DNA of 64,000 bases from the human T2T-CHM13v2.0 reference genome, Homo sapiens: the NCBI RefSeq assembly GCF_009914755.1, contig NC_060931.1; one strand, given 5' to 3'. The translations under genes and the position numbers were made by a program. This document shows, one piece after another, positions 1 through 14,389 of this stretch (positions are counted from its first letter, which is position 1; each line of letters begins with the position of its first letter). The notes below the pieces were generated by a model, which did not search any database, was not told the DNA's origin, and was given only the letters and a program-made list of their open reading frames with translations.

Positions 1-493
1 TCAGATCTAAGAAATAAATCTCAGTTCATAAACTTGAAAAACTCAGAAGTGTTAAAAATTTTATTCACTAAGAACATAACATCCAAGACGAGAGATCAAT
101 TTTGCATATTATTATTTCTACCTGAAGTATTCCATCTCACTTAAAAGAAATATTTGTTTGGAAGCATTGGTTGGTGCTGGTAGCCAAGGCTGTCCAACAA
201 AAAAAGCGAGTTTTTAAAGAAAATGTTATTCCCTAAGGGTGAATCTTAAAAAATTGCCAAATGTATTCTTGAGATGAATAACAGGAAGCTTAGTTCTAGA
301 AAGGGCCTGAGTGATTATCGAATCCATTCTTCATTTCACAGACGAGAAAATGAGTTTCAGAGATGCAAACATTCCTACTATCACAGAACTAGTAAGCTGG
401 AGAACAGACATTAAGACCTGTAATAGTGATTCCCGTGTGAATGTTTTTATGATGAAACTGTACAAAATGATAGAACAATAACAATGTCAAAAC

Positions 494-652
494 ACCTATC
501 ACTAAGCACTTTCATATGTAATATCTTTTTTTAATTATAACAAAACGGCAAAATAGGTGTTATCTCCATTTCACAAATGGTACAACTGAGGCTCAGAAAC
601 ATTAAGCAACTGTCCTGGGGTCACAAAGAAGACACTGTTAGAGCCAGGTTTA
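494..652 (-). mobile_element. MIR SINE fragment
   Basis: Core 'ccatttcacaaatggtacaactgaggctcagaaacattaagcaactgtcctggggtcaca' resembles the reverse-complement MIR core. Confidence 0.7.
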
Positions 653-754
653 GTCCACATATTCAATTTCTTTGTTTATTTCCTTCGCTTTGCATGAGAA
701 TTCCTTTTTGCTGTCTTTCATTTTTAAGCAGAAACCTTTCTTTAAAGACACTAA

Positions 755-1150
755 TGATCAAAGATCTAAATTAAAAACTAAAACTATTAAATTTCTAGAG
801 GAAATCATAGCCCTACATCTAATGTATAATAGAACCAGATGGAAATTCTAGAAAATTCTGAAAAGTACAATATCTGAAAAGGAAGACAATACTTAGCTTG
901 GATTAGGCAATTTGTTTCTTAGATGTGACACCAAATGCACAAAGAACAAAGGGAAAACAAGATAAATTGGGCATTTTTGAAATTAAAAACTTTTGTGCAT
1001 CAAACACCATTAAGGAAATGAAAAGACAATTCATAGAATGGGAGAACACTTTTGCAAATTGAATATCTGACAAGAGACTTGTATCTGGAATCTATTAAGA
1101 ATGCTATATAATTCAATAACAAACTGACAAGTAACCCTATTGAAAATGGG
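755..1150 (+). mobile_element. Old L1 (L1M) ORF2 3' fragment
   Basis: A-rich; 'aaattaaaaacttttgtgcatcaaa...gaatgggagaacacttttgcaaat...atctgacaag' are typical of the L1 ORF2 C-terminal region. Confidence 0.8.
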
Positions 1151-2885
1151 AAGTACCAAGTATACCTTTTCATTTAAATCATTGAACAGTTCACAATGGC
1201 TGTTGTAAAGTTTTTGCCTTGTTACTGAAACCATCATCTCTTGGTCTATTTCTATGGAGTTATTTTTTCCTAGTTATTGGCAGTTGCCTTATCTTTTATG
1301 TGTCTAATAACTTTTAATTGAATGTGGAACATTATGGATCTTATATTTTTGAGAATCTGAATGTTTAAAATTCCTTTGAAGAGTTTGTGTTTTCTTCTGG
1401 AGGCAGTTTACTTACTGGCTGTGAGCTCAGTCCTGTTGAGGCTGTTTCACGACAGGCTGTGGCTTTGTCAGGGTGGGTGTGGATCAGACATCTGGTCATC
1501 AACCCTGCATATTCCAGCCTCTTTCACAGGCTCACTCGCTGATTTCTGTTTCTCCCACATTAAGGCCACTGCTCTCTGATAGTCTCTGCCTCTCCCAGGC
1601 TGGAAAACAGCCTTAAGCAGAGAGCCCTTGCAAGTGAGGAGCCCCCTCATGCTTCCCCCTTCACCTCCAGGGTCATAGTCCTGTAGCGTATGTAATCCCC
1701 TTCCTAAAAACACTTGCTTTCTATATTTCCCTAGTTGTGTAATTGTTTATAGTGAGAGAGGAAGCCTGGTTACTCATGACTCTATTATGAGAAGAACCAC
1801 AAATCTCTCCTACTTCATTTTAATCATTCGATGTTAGATGTATTTAACCACTTTGTTGCCATGTTTAAATTTTTATGGGGAGAAGCCCAAGGTAAATAAT
1901 AAAATTAACAAAACTTTTAGTCCAGTGTGTATTCCTCAGAGAAACCTCAGGTTTCTTTTCTTTTTTTTTTTTTTTTTTTAACAAATTCAGGTCTTTGTTC
2001 TAGAAGTTAAAAAAAAACAACATACAACCAAATATAGTTAAAACAGGAAAATCTATTTGTGTTTACTTCATATCTTTCTGTTGGGTCAGATGATAATGTT
2101 TAGAAAAATACTGTAAAATTCTTACTTTATGTGGACAAACCTTTAGAGGCTGGCCTCTCTGTAGAAGGATTGCACAGGGAAATAATTTTGAGCCTACTTT
2201 CTTGTCTTTATCTTCTATGTTCTCTTCTCAGCTTCCTGTCTTGATTGGCATGGAACTTGCTCTGCTCCTCATGTTTCTATTTGTTTAGGAAATTCACTAG
2301 GACTGTACAAGGGACAGATTGTCAGCTGTCATCCAAGTCCCTTTCAAATAACCCCACTATCCTTTGCCTTAGGAAGTCTGAGCCTCCATCAGATCCCGGT
2401 CACATTGTGAGGGAGGAGTGACCAGCCACCGAGGGCCACCTCCTGCTCTTCTTTCCTCGCTCCCCTTTGCCCTTGAGGTGCCCTCAACTCCCAGGCTCTC
2501 TAATCATGCTCTTCCCAGCCCAGGATTGCCCTGGCCAGTGCAGCTCTTCCTTAGGTTCTAGAACCACTACCTAATACCTAATTCCAATAGGGTCCTTTTG
2601 ACTGAAGCTGACTTAATGTGTTTGAGAAAGCAGGGCTAAAATAAAAAGACCCTAATGTAGCAGAGGCCTTGATAAATTCTACCAAAGTGATGAGAACATT
2701 GGGAATTTCTGACTGAGCCCAAAAGTTATTAGAGGCAAGAATACTTCTCTCTCCAGTAAATGCCTCCCCACCTCCACCCCCATTTATAGAAGCTTTCAAA
2801 TTTATACTAGCATAAGGCCAACCTTATCTATGACCATGAATAAGCTATTTCACTACCTCATTGTTCTGGTCAAAATAACGCATGG

Positions 2886-3199
2886 GGCTGGGCTCATGCC
2901 TGTAATCCCAGCACTTTGGGAGGCTGAGGCAGGTGGATCACTTGAGGTCAGGAGTTCGAGACCAACCTGCCCAACATGGTGAAACCCCAGCTCTACTAAA
3001 AATACAAAAATTAACCATGTGTGGTGGCACACGCGTGTAGTCCCAGCTACTTGGGAGGCTGAGGCATGAGAATCGCTTATTGCTTGAACCTGGGAGACGG
3101 AGGTTGTAGTGAGCCGAGATTTTGCCACTGCACTCGAGCCTGGGTGACAGAGTGAGACTCTGTGTCAAAAAAAAAGAAGAAAGAAAAAAGAAAAAAAAA
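2886..3199 (+). mobile_element. AluS
   Basis: Dimeric Alu with A-tail; catggg flanks both sides. Confidence 0.95.
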
Positions 3200-3679
3200 T
3201 CATGGGCTAGCTACTCTGCTTGTATTTTTTGTTTCTGTCCATCCTCTTACTTGATACCCCTCCACGTTCTAAAAACAAAGCCTCCCTTCACATTTTGAGT
3301 GTGTCTGCTATGGATAATGAGGCAGCAATCCTGGTTCTAAAGAATTGGGATAAAGCAGTCACTAAGGATCCCATTAAAGGTCAAACCATCTAATTCTTAA
3401 TCTCACGGCACCTGCTTGATAATGATGGATACTTATTAAACTCATTCCTTCTGGGTCTCAGAATACCCTTTAGAATGATCCAATTTTTCATTCAGGCACT
3501 TGAAGTTCATTAAATGAATGCTGGAGAAACTGTTTTCTCATTGACGTACTTGCTTTAATGAAATGAGAAAGTAAGAAGTGCCTGAATATTGGTGGTTGTT
3601 CTCAAACCCAAGGAAATCTAGGGGTTTGTGGAGATCCAGAATCTCCTCTCTCCTCACCACTTTTATGGCCTTTATCTAA

Positions 3680-4860
3680 TTTTACTTTTCAGCCACGTTT
3701 GATGTAGCTGACTTCCATCTCGAAACACTCTCTTCTGATTTTCCCTTCGATTGCACTATCCACTCCTTTTTCCATGTCCTCGACCGGTTCTGTCTTCCCG
3801 CGTGACCTCTCAGCATTGAAGTCTTATCTGCCTGCCCTCTTCTGGATGCATTGTATTCCTGGATGAGCTTCTCAATGCCCTAGTCTCATATACTGGCCAT
3901 ATGATGAGGATTCCTGGTTTTACATGTCAAGCCTTGTCTCCGTAAGTGAACTGCAAACTCAGTTTTCAAAGTGCCCATCTGACCACTCCACTCTGATGTC
4001 TAACATGTGCTCGCTTACATGTGGCCAGAAGAGAGCTCCTCATCCCCATGGCCATCGCTCCTCCACCAGTGTTCCATCTCAGTAAATGGCACCACCACCA
4101 ACCCAGGTGCTCAAGCCACAAGCCCTGGAGTTGTCGTTCGTTCACTTTCCATTTCACCTCATCTAACCATTCAGCAAGCCTCATCGATCCCATCTCCAAA
4201 ATATACCCCTAATCCATGCAGTACACCCACCTCCCCACTGGGGCTGCACCAATCCAGCCCCAGCCACTGTTGTCTCTCACTGGAATCTCTGAAGTCACTC
4301 CCAAGAGGTCCCTGCTTCCACTCCCCCTCCCACACCCATTCTCCCTAAGACAGCCACAGGGATCCTGTTGAAACAAGTCAGATCCATCACCCCCTGGAGT
4401 ACCTGGCCTCCTTTGCACATCTCAGACCAAAGCTCCTTACTGACCTCCAATGGTGTGCACGCCCTGTTCCTCGGCCCTTATAAGACCCCTTTTCCCTGCA
4501 CACTCCATGCTCTGGCCATATCGGCCCACGTTCTATTCCTCGAATATATCACATTCCTTCTGCATCAGTGCCTTTGCTCCTCTGCCCCGAAGGCTCTCTC
4601 ATAGATCTTTCCGCCATTCAAGTCAGCCCCATGATACCTCCGCAGTGACGCATTCCTTGACCACTCTACCTAAAATCTCTCTCCCCCCGCCACACAATCT
4701 CTTTGTCTTGTTTTATCTTCTTCTCAACACGTATCACTATCAAGACATTGAACAAGGAAATACTGACGGATTTTCATTTCAGTTTCCCCCTTAGAGAAGG
4801 ACATTGTCTATTGTTTTTTGCTATATCTGCAATGTGCTTGGTAGTTAGGAAGTCATTATA
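3680..4860 (+). mobile_element. L2 LINE 3' remnant
   Basis: C/T-rich; motifs 'aatggcaccacca...ccaggtgctcaagcc...cctggagt' and 'gatcctgttgaaacaagtcagatc'; boundaries approximate. Confidence 0.65.
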
Positions 4861-4986
4861 TAACAATTTTAAAAATGGAAACATTCAGTTTTTAAAGTAG
4901 GTTTATTTTTTTTTTTTTTTCAGAGAAGCCAAGTAACTGGTATGCGTAGTAATAAAACATCTCAATAAAGAATTACAAGACTTGAG

Positions 4987-5138
4987 GATCTGGGCATGGT
5001 GGCTCACACATGTAATCCCAGCACTTTGTGAGGCTGAGGTGGGAGGATTGCTTGAGCCCAGGAATTCGAGACCAGCTTGGGAAACATAGCAAGACCCCAA
5101 GTCTACAAAAGTTTTTGGAAAAAAATTAGCTGGGTGTG
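4987..5138 (+). mobile_element. Alu left-arm fragment (AluJ/FLAM-like)
   Basis: 'ggtggctcacacatgtaatcccagcacttt...gaggattgcttgagcccaggaattcgagaccagc'; truncated just after the linker. Confidence 0.85.
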
Positions 5139-5140
5139 CA

Positions 5141-5318
5141 GATATATCTTCAACATACTGATTTGCTCTATTTTGGATATATACCCAGCTGAGAGATTGA
5201 TCATTTGGTAGTTTTAGATTTTGGGGGAACTTTCATACTGTTTTCCACACTGGCTGTACTAATTTAATTCCCACCAACAGTGCACAAGTGTTTCCCTTTC
5301 TACACATCCTCTCCAATA
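5141..5318 (-). mobile_element. L1 ORF2/3'UTR fragment
   Basis: 'ttggatatatacccag...catactgttttccac...ggctgtactaattta..ttcccaccaacagtg' matches antisense L1 3' end. Confidence 0.8.
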
Positions 5319-5584
5319 AAAGCCACTTCATTTTGAGCCATTAGTGAACTGAGAGAAAACAGCACTATGGAGGGAGAAAGTGGATTGTTTCCAAGAAGTA
5401 GGTGGGCAAGGAGCAATGAAGGAAAGATAATACCAAGGCAAATACCTGGAGGATGTTAAGCCAAGAGCATCAGAGGAGAAAAGGAATCATCAAGAGGTTG
5501 GTTAGTGGGTACAAACGTGCAGTTAGAAGGAATAAGTAATAGTGTTCCACAGCACAGTAGGGTGACTATAGTTAACAATATATG

Positions 5585-5886
5585 TTTTTTTTGAGACAGG
5601 GTCTCACTCTGTCACCTAGGTGGGAGTGAAGTGGTGCAATCATGTCTCACTGCAGCCTCAACCTCCTAAACACAAGTGTTCCTCTTGCCTCAGCCTCCCG
5701 AGTAACTGGGACCACAGCATGTGCCCACCAAGCCCAGCTAATTTTTTGAGTTTTTGTAGAGATGGGGTTTCACTGTGTTGCCCTGGCTGAGCTTGAACTC
5801 CTGGGTTCTAAGTGATTGTCCCTCCTCGACCTCCCAAAGTGCTGGGATTACAGATGGGATTACAGACTGAGCCACCGTGCCCAGTC
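5585..5886 (-). mobile_element. AluJ inserted in an L1MA-type 3'UTR remnant
   Basis: Poly-T followed by 'gagacagggtctcactctgtcacc'; 'aacaata' on both sides; flanks 5493-5580 and 5887-5920 read as L1 3'UTR. Confidence 0.9.
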
Positions 5887-5924
5887 AACAATAATTTATT
5901 GTATATTTCAAAATATCTAGAGGA

Positions 5925-6266
5925 GGCTGGGCATGGTGGCTCACACTTATAATCCCAGCACTTTGGGAGGCTGAGGATTGTTTGAGGTCAGGAGTTTGAG
6001 ACCAGCCTGGACAACATAGTACGGGCCTGTCTCTACAAAAAAAGAAAATTCAAAAACTTAGTTGGGCATGGTGATATGTGCCTGTAGTCCCAGCTACTCA
6101 GGAGGCTGAGGCATGAAGATTGCTTGAGCCCGGAATTTTAAGGTTGCAGTGAGCTATGATGGCACCACTGCACTCCAGCCTGGGTGACAGAGTGAGCCCT
6201 TGTCCTAAAAAAAATAAAAAAAAAATAAAAAAAGAAAAAAAAAAAAAAGAAAAATATAAAGAAAGA
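5925..6266 (+). mobile_element. AluJ
   Basis: Full dimer with J-type 'gattgcttgagcccgg...gagctatgat' and a long A-tail. Confidence 0.93.
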
Positions 6267-7839
6267 ATTAGAATACTTGAAACCTAGCCAAAACCTTATC
6301 CTTACTTAGGGTGATCCTGTGCTTCCATTTGCTAATCCATAGATACTCCTAATATCTTCCTTCTCTTCTTCATAAGTGAGGAGATAAGATGAAATAAGGA
6401 ATTCGTAAATACAAAGAGAGTCATAAAGCATCACATAAATGTTATGTTTATTTTATATTGAAATGTCCACCTGAAAAACTTTCTCTGGCAGAGTGCAGGG
6501 CCAGATGAAATTCACATGAAGGAGGAACACCTGATCTGTATGGCCCTGTCATTATTATGCATACCCATGGAACCAGCTGGGCACTCAGGGTTATATGTGG
6601 TAGCCACAGCAGGGTGATTTGCAACCCCCACTCCTATATCCATCAAGACAAGGCCACCACGAGGCCCCCTATCCTGCTGTAGATGACCTGAAATACGCCG
6701 TCCCCTTAGAGGTTGCTTTCTTTGGCATTGATCATGAACATCTGTTTGGTTTATTGCAGAACCCACAGAGGCCAACACAGTGCCTGGCACATTCTAATTG
6801 CTCAATGATCTTGAGATCAATAAGGGGGTGAAAAATGGCTGCTGGTGTAAAAAGCAGGAGAAAGGCACTGAAAGGGGATGAGAGTGGACACCGGAGACCA
6901 TTTTTTGCCCGTTTGTTAGTATTTCATCCACTCTGCAACTAGTCTCCCAGTCATTCCTTTATTTTTCCCCTGTATGAGTTGAAGACGACTCTTTGTGGAG
7001 TCTAGGAACAGGCAAGTGTCCCTATATATGGAAAGGAAGGAACAGTTCACAAGCTTTCTAAGCTCACAACCCAGCTTGTCTGGGCTTTTCAATAGAGTGG
7101 TTGCCATGACATTACATAGGAGAGCCTTTCAGGCAGTTCCCATTGCTAAGGGCAAAGGGTGACTGTGATATTAAAAGAAGCATTTGTTGCTCTTTATACT
7201 CAGAGGAAATCAAGGTGAACTTGAACTCATTAAAAGCAAGGCTGAGCACATTTGCATGAGCAGAATGTAAATACAGGAGGCTTCTTGCAGATGAGCTTCT
7301 CTCTTGCAGAAGAAGAGACCCAGGGCCTCCTGAGCCTGTTTGTTCTTAATTAAGAGAGATCCTTTTGGGATGAGAGTGAGTTTTTAATGGCATTTCTACC
7401 ACAATGTACAACTTCTCAAATATCTCCTTCCCCCATATCTTCAAAGTTTTAAGTACAGCCCTTAGTGCAAGTTTGTAGGGGAAATATGGAAAAATGCAAA
7501 ACAAATACAATAAACAGAGAAAACAATTTAAAATGATTCTACACACAAATGAATAATTTAAACCTCCATCATGTTTGCTATCTGTGATGCATCTATTTAA
7601 TATTAATAACTTGTGAAGAAAAATGACTGTCACCATTTTTAACAAGCCTAGTCTATTCTGGCTACAAACCTTAGATGACTGACTATTCCTAACAGGGCCC
7701 TGCTTATTAAGAGTCTGTTATCTTCTTTAAATTTAATTTCATGAATAATGAAATGTTTATAAGAGGAAAACAAATATCCTGTCTAAAGCCAGCCTCTCCT
7801 TACTCCCTTCCACCTCTGTCAAATATTTATCTGCCTCTA

Positions 7840-8018
7840 CCTTCTTCCTTTTTCTTTTCTTTTCTCTTTTCTCTCTTCTCTTTCTATTTCTTCTTTCTTT
7901 CTCCCTTCCTTCCCTTTTTTCTTTATCTATCTATTTCTTCCTCTCTCTCTTCCTTCCCTCCTTCCCTCCCTTCCTCCCTCCCTATCTCTCTATCCCTCTC
8001 CCTTTCTTTCTTTTCTTA
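7840..8018. repeat. CT-rich low-complexity polypyrimidine tract
   Basis: About 180 nt almost purely C/T. Confidence 0.9.
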
Positions 8019-8605
8019 GTTTTCAACACCAGGCTCCATATTTAATGCACACAGTGTAACTAGCTTCAATAGCTGATCATTCTTTCTCCAGAGATGTCTT
8101 ATTACGAAGCAAGGAGCACATACAAAGCAGTTGTATTGCTTTTCAAATTCCCTCTTCAGTGAACATAGTCATTAAAGAATTGTATCAAGAAGAAACACTT
8201 TTATAATGTGGCTGTCTCCAAATTCTAAAGATCGTGTTATTATTGATTTAGTAATAGCTTACAAATCATGACCCAAAATTAGTTCTTCTGCACTTATGCC
8301 CCAACCTTTGTAAAATCTTTATTGAACAACCATGGCCAGTAACCATAACAGATAATGTTCTATTAAGTGCAGTTTTTCCATGGGTCATATAAAGTCTTTT
8401 TCTTGGAGCTCATATAAGAGTCCATGGAACCTTCATTCACTTTGGTGTCTGCAGGGAACTCTTTTCCTGTGGAGTCTGAGTGATCACGTGGAATCTCACC
8501 CCATGCTGCCCACAGAACTGTCCATCTAGGTGTCTCTTGCTGACCAGACTCTGGGTGTACAGCAGAGCTGACAGCCCAGGTTTCAAATAAAACTTTCCAG
8601 AATTT

Positions 8606-8638
8606 CACACACACACAAACACACACACACACACACAC
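8606..8638. repeat. (CA)n microsatellite
   Basis: Interrupted CA run seen directly. Confidence 0.95.
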
Positions 8639-10329
8639 TCATACAGCAGCTCTGCTGTCTAAGATGTCAAGATGTCGTTTTGGGTTTTATTTGTTTACAT
8701 TCTGAATTCTGTGTCCATGTGTTTTAAATTTTCCTCTAGATAAAAGCGTGATAGAGCATCTCTGTGGGGAATTGCTGTGAAGAAGTCCCACTGTGGGATG
8801 TGGTGCAGGGTGAAGATGCAGATGAGAGAAGGAAGGAGAAAGCTCAGGGAGAGGGAAGTAGAAAGAAGGGGAAGAATAAACGGTTGGAGAAGCTGCCTGA
8901 TGACTTTGAGCTTTTGTAGATCAGCGGATCCAAACCTCTTGTTGTGCAGGAAGTGTTAGAGAACATTAAAAGATTAGCCTAGAGTCTCAGGTAGTTCAAG
9001 AGTCAGAGTTGGGACCAGGTCTTCTGGTTCTGATCCAGAGCTTTTTCTCCTACTTAGCTGTCATTCCCATGCCATTCATGTCATGTTTTAAGCAGTTCAG
9101 CAAGCATTCTTGCCGTGCTGACTTGTCTCTAGCATGATGTTCAAGCTCTGAAAATTGCAAGTGAATTTAAATAGCCTCTGACCTCAGTGAGCTCAAATTC
9201 TCACTGTGGAGATGACCTCCAGCCCCAAAACAGATCAGAGACCTGCTATGTAACACATGGGGCAAGTGCAAGAGTGAAAGGAGGAGGATTTGGGGATCTA
9301 GAAAGGTCTGGGGCAAAGCGGCAAGAGAAACATGAGGCATTTAGGGGTGAACTTGGTGGAAGGGGGAAGGCAGAGCTGGGAAAAGGGCAAGACTCCTTGG
9401 TGACCAAATGGGTAGACATGTGACAAATCACTGCCCCCATTGTGGAGGATACAATGTGGAAAGAGCTGTGAGCCTCTCCCCAGGAAGCTGTGGTCCACAT
9501 GGATGATGATGGGGAGATGTGGGAAACGCCAGGCAGAGAGGAAGAGAGCTGCCGGGGAATAGCATCATTCCACCAACGGAGGACCACAGGGCTTGGTGTA
9601 ACACCCACATGCAGAGGGTAAGACGAGGACCCATCCCATCATCAGCGGTGCCAACGCTTACATTGCAGCACCTTACCACTCAGAGTGAGGCTTCAGCACT
9701 CTGCGAACGTTTGCTGCTGTTATTCATTGATCACCCATGCACCTCACAACAGCCGTGCGAGACTGATTGGGCTGTCACCACTTTCTCCATTTAGTGGACG
9801 AGGACAGGAAGTCACAAAATGGGCCTGAGATCTTAGAGTTTGCCAAGTCCTGCAGCCATATGTAAGTTTCCCTGATGCCGGTACTCAGGGGTGCTGTGCT
9901 ACTTCAGTGTCTGCTCCTCCCAGAGTGCTGTAGCCCAGGAGAAGAGGCCTTTGTGCCATGCTTTTTACAGCAGCACCTCCAGAAGTCACGTAAGAGACCT
10001 GGCACTTCCAGAATCCTTTCCAGCCTACAACCATTTTCACATAAAAATGGGAAAAATGGAGGCAGAGGAAACCATATATCCCAAACGAGGGCCAGTTATC
10101 CCCTGTGTATGTGGGGCTGAAGGCTCATGATGCAGTGAAGGACCACCATTTCCCTCCTTCCAGTGTATTAAGAAGACATCTGGGTGTTCCAGTTCCATCA
10201 GCTCACTCATCCTTCAGTAGAGACAAGTGAGCTTGGCACGTGGATATGTGAAGTGCTGTGTGCATTCAGCCTCAGTCTCCTATGGTGTCCCAGCTCCTGG
10301 ACTCTAAGCCTCCCTGTTTCATTTATCAA

Positions 10330-10503
10330 AGAGATTGGATGACACCCACCTATGTTGGTGAGAATGGATCTTCTTCATCTACCCATTCAAATGCTCATCT
10401 TTTCTAGAAACACCCTCATGGACACAATCCAGAAATAATGTCCTACCAGCTATCTGGGCATCCCATTGGCCGGTCAAGTTGATATCCAGAATTCGCTATC
10501 TCA
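10330..10503 (-). mobile_element. MLT2 (ERVL) LTR fragment
   Basis: 'gattggatgacacccacc...aaacaccctcatggacaca..ccagaaataatg...tatctgggcatccc..ggccggtcaagttga'. Confidence 0.75.
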
Positions 10504-11827
10504 GCTGTTAAGGCCAACTCAGATCTAAGGGGAGGAGAATTCAACTCCCCCTCTCAATGGGAGGAATCCTAGAACTGCTAGAGTTTCCTGCCAACCAACA
10601 TTCTTACCAAGTAAAATAAAACAAGAATAAACTTTACATTCGGCTACAGAAGGTGATGGAAGAGGTAGAGCAAGAGGATCTACAAAGATGCTAATTTCAT
10701 TTATAATTATTTTGTGATGGAAAAAGTAATAAATTATTATGAGTTGTCACCAGACTCTTTCTTAACCAGAGAATTCTCTTTCTTTGGAAAAATATTTTGA
10801 AAAGCTGCTTGACCATGGCAAGTGAGACATTGAGGACCCAAGCAACAGATAGATGGTTTATGGCATGCTGAGTGGAGAGTAGGGGACACTTGCATTTGCC
10901 TTTGGGAGGGAAGGAGAGAGGAAGAAATAGAAAAAAAAGGGGAAGAAACTGGAGAATGTGAAAGATGTGAAGCATCATGGGAAAGTAGAGGCCGGGAAAA
11001 ACATCCTAGTGATAAAGGTAGAAGAAAAGAGTTTTAGGCAATGCCTAATATGTGATTGAAAGATGCATGTCCCCCTTCCTGCCATGGATGCTCCCCCCTG
11101 AAATTTTAAGGCAAATTTTATAGACTAACGGTTGCCCTGTGCAAGTGTTGTCTTGTGTGTATGTGTGGAGTGTGAAGTTGGGGTTGCAGCTGAATTGCAC
11201 CTCCAGTTCATCATGACTTCGTATCTCATTGCATAGTCTGGAAAAAGGACAGGCATAGACAAAGGAACTCACCAGCAGAGGTGGCCAGAAGAAGAAATCT
11301 TTCCTGGCAATTGAAAGAAATCTTAGTGCAGATTGTGGTCTTGCACTAGGATGAGACAGAGGTTGGAGCTTGTCTTCCTCAGACATCAAAGAGCGGGGAG
11401 AACCCAACTGCCAACTGGTTTGCATGTGGCTTGTGGTTTGACAGCTGACTCTTTCTTAACTTCTAATCCAAGGGTCAGTACAAAGCCAATTCCCCTTCTC
11501 CTCCAGGAGGAAGAACCTTCTACAGCCTGAGGTACCCAGTACTTGTCCTGAGTGTAAGCTAGGATGACCTCTGGATCCATCATGCTATATTTAGTCTCTG
11601 TTTCACCTAACACTCAGGATTCCATGAATGTACCTTTAGTGAGTCCAGGACACCTTGTGAAGATTGCACGAACCCTGCCTGGGAAGTGACAAAGGTGCAG
11701 ACTTACCCTTGGCATCTTTTGTACCTTTAACCACAGAGTTCACATGGAGTTGTGACCCCAGCTCATGTAACCTAATGCAAGGTGAATAATACCTCCTACA
11801 GCAGGCTCTGGAAATGTTTCTTGTCTG

Positions 11828-11829
11828 CA

Positions 11830-11880
<51 letters not shown>
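11828..11880. repeat. (CA)~23 microsatellite
   Basis: Long perfect CA run preceded by cacgcg. Confidence 0.97.
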
Positions 11881-11882
<2 letters not shown>

Positions 11883-11887
11883 CTTAA

Positions 11888-12319
<432 letters not shown>

Positions 12320-14389
12320 TAACGGATTGTATTACAAAGACCTACACGCCTCCAAAAATACTTTGGAATGTTTTAATTATGCAAAAATTGAGAAAATAGT
12401 TAGGAAAGATGCATCTGTCTCTGTTAAAAATAAATTCAATTATTAGAATTTAGGGGTGCCCAACAGCTTACCTGCAGCAAGATTAGGTTGAGTTCTACTA
12501 CCTTCAAATGCTTACCTATGACCTTTGAAGTTCTGATTATTCTGGGAGCTTCTGGTGCTACATCCACTCAATCTGCCAGGAGAGGAATTTATCCTACAGG
12601 CTGCATAATTTCCTTCTCAGCTGTAAAATATCTCTTTATAAGAGGTGTGGGCGAGAAGGAATTATGGGAGCAAATACAGTATTTATCACTTGAATTAAAC
12701 GACTAAACCTGGCAAATAGTTCAGCTATCGATCCACAAATAGTATCAATCCACAAATTAGCAGCCTGATTCAGATAATCTGATCAGTAGATATAGTTATA
12801 TGTGAGCATCATAAGCATCAAAGCCACTTTTATGTGTATTATTTTTCTTGTCACCCACAAATCATGTTGCAAAGATTGATAGTAATTGAATAAATTGCCA
12901 TGTGTACTTAAAGACTGGGCTTGTTGGAGACACAACACATTTATTAGATGATCAGTTTTTTTTTTCCTGTTATGTCAATGCTCACTGGAACACTTCTTTT
13001 CAAATGTAGGAAAACCAAGCTAACTAGATCTAGAAAAACAAGCAGAGGTTTCAAGGGATGCCTTTGAAAGGTGGTGTGGTATCAGGGAGCATGTTGAATT
13101 GGAAGTCAGATGTCCATGTGTGGATTCCTTTCATGGCACTCCCTGATTGAGACAATCTGTAAAATCCCTTTAACGTGCGTATGTTATGATTGCATAATGT
13201 AATTCTTGTTTAGGGTTTATTGTGTGACTCTTTGCTAAGTAACTGTACTGTCATAAATGGAGTCCGAGCAGCGGGGCTTGTCTCCCCGTGAGTGTGAGAT
13301 CTGCATGCTGCCACCTTTCTCCTCCTACTTTTCTCGCCAGGTACCACAGTCTGTGTAAGATGCACCAGGCTGATATTTTGTAAAATCAAGGTCTTCACCT
13401 TCCATTTATGTGGCACGAGCTGGAATTTGCCAGGGTCAAATAGTCAACCAGGAGTTCTTTATGGATTCAGCCACATGGGAGAACTTGAGGGACCTTGCAT
13501 GTCTTATATTCTCCAAAACTCCATCCCCACAGGCTTGCCAGTGTCCAAAAGGCCTGATTTTTGGGGGAGGAGGCAGCTCTAAAATAGTGTCAATTCTAGA
13601 ACTCCTTTTTTAAATGTCCCAGGAGGAGTAACTATTGGCATCATCAGTATTTAAAACTTTGGGCTAATTACATCACCTGATTATTTCCCTCCTTTGGGCT
13701 TTCTAGAGGGATATAAACCAATGAGAGTCTTGAGAGGTGGAGTCAGTTCAGCTCAGAACACACTATCTTGAGGGAAAAGGCCATGATGAGTGGGTTTGTA
13801 TGTTGAATTGGAAAGAGGAGAAGGGAGATGAAGAGAAATAGGGTAGGGGGAGTACTGAGAGGAAGGATCTGAAGGGTGATAGAGAGAATGCTGCCTTTGG
13901 TTAAAATTTCACCAGTGTAGACTGTGTTTATGTAGCTTAGTCAGAATCTCCCTTCATCCTGTAGTGCTATGTTTTTGTTTATTTATGCAATACTCTTCCT
14001 GTCAACTATCACAATTAAGAATCCCTAGTGTAGCACAGTTATGAATGTGGCTGACCTTTCTTAAAATAATGTCCTCGAGCTCTGTAGCACTTTAAACATT
14101 TCAACTCTTTTGCATATTTGGTTTTTCATAATGTAGGTTGTAACACGATAGAAGGTTAGGGAATTAATTGAGTGGGCCATGATCAGCTTAAGAAAATAAA
14201 ATGCAATAGAAATATACCTAGTGCATAATAACTAGTAGAATGAACTAATATGAAACTTTGTCCATTATCTATGTATGTAGTATGTGTTTACTGTATTGCT
14301 ATATAAAATATATTTCTCATAGTAGATTGCAGTCACAAAAGTTTGAAAGCCTTTGAACCCCCTTTGACCATGGAAAGGAAGAGGGATTC

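Noticed and set aside
1230-1790. Possible ancient antisense L1/HAL1 fragment
   Set aside because: Too degenerate to assign without a profile search
2853-3168. Alu-derived ORFs (also 11918-12322, 17814-18482, 20221-20569, 37903-38304, 54671-54994, 58387-58899)
   Set aside because: Standard Alu translations such as '[15 protein letters not shown]'
9692-9710. Possible REST/RE1 site (ttcagcac...)
   Set aside because: Only the left half-site is present; no GGACAG right half at the proper spacing
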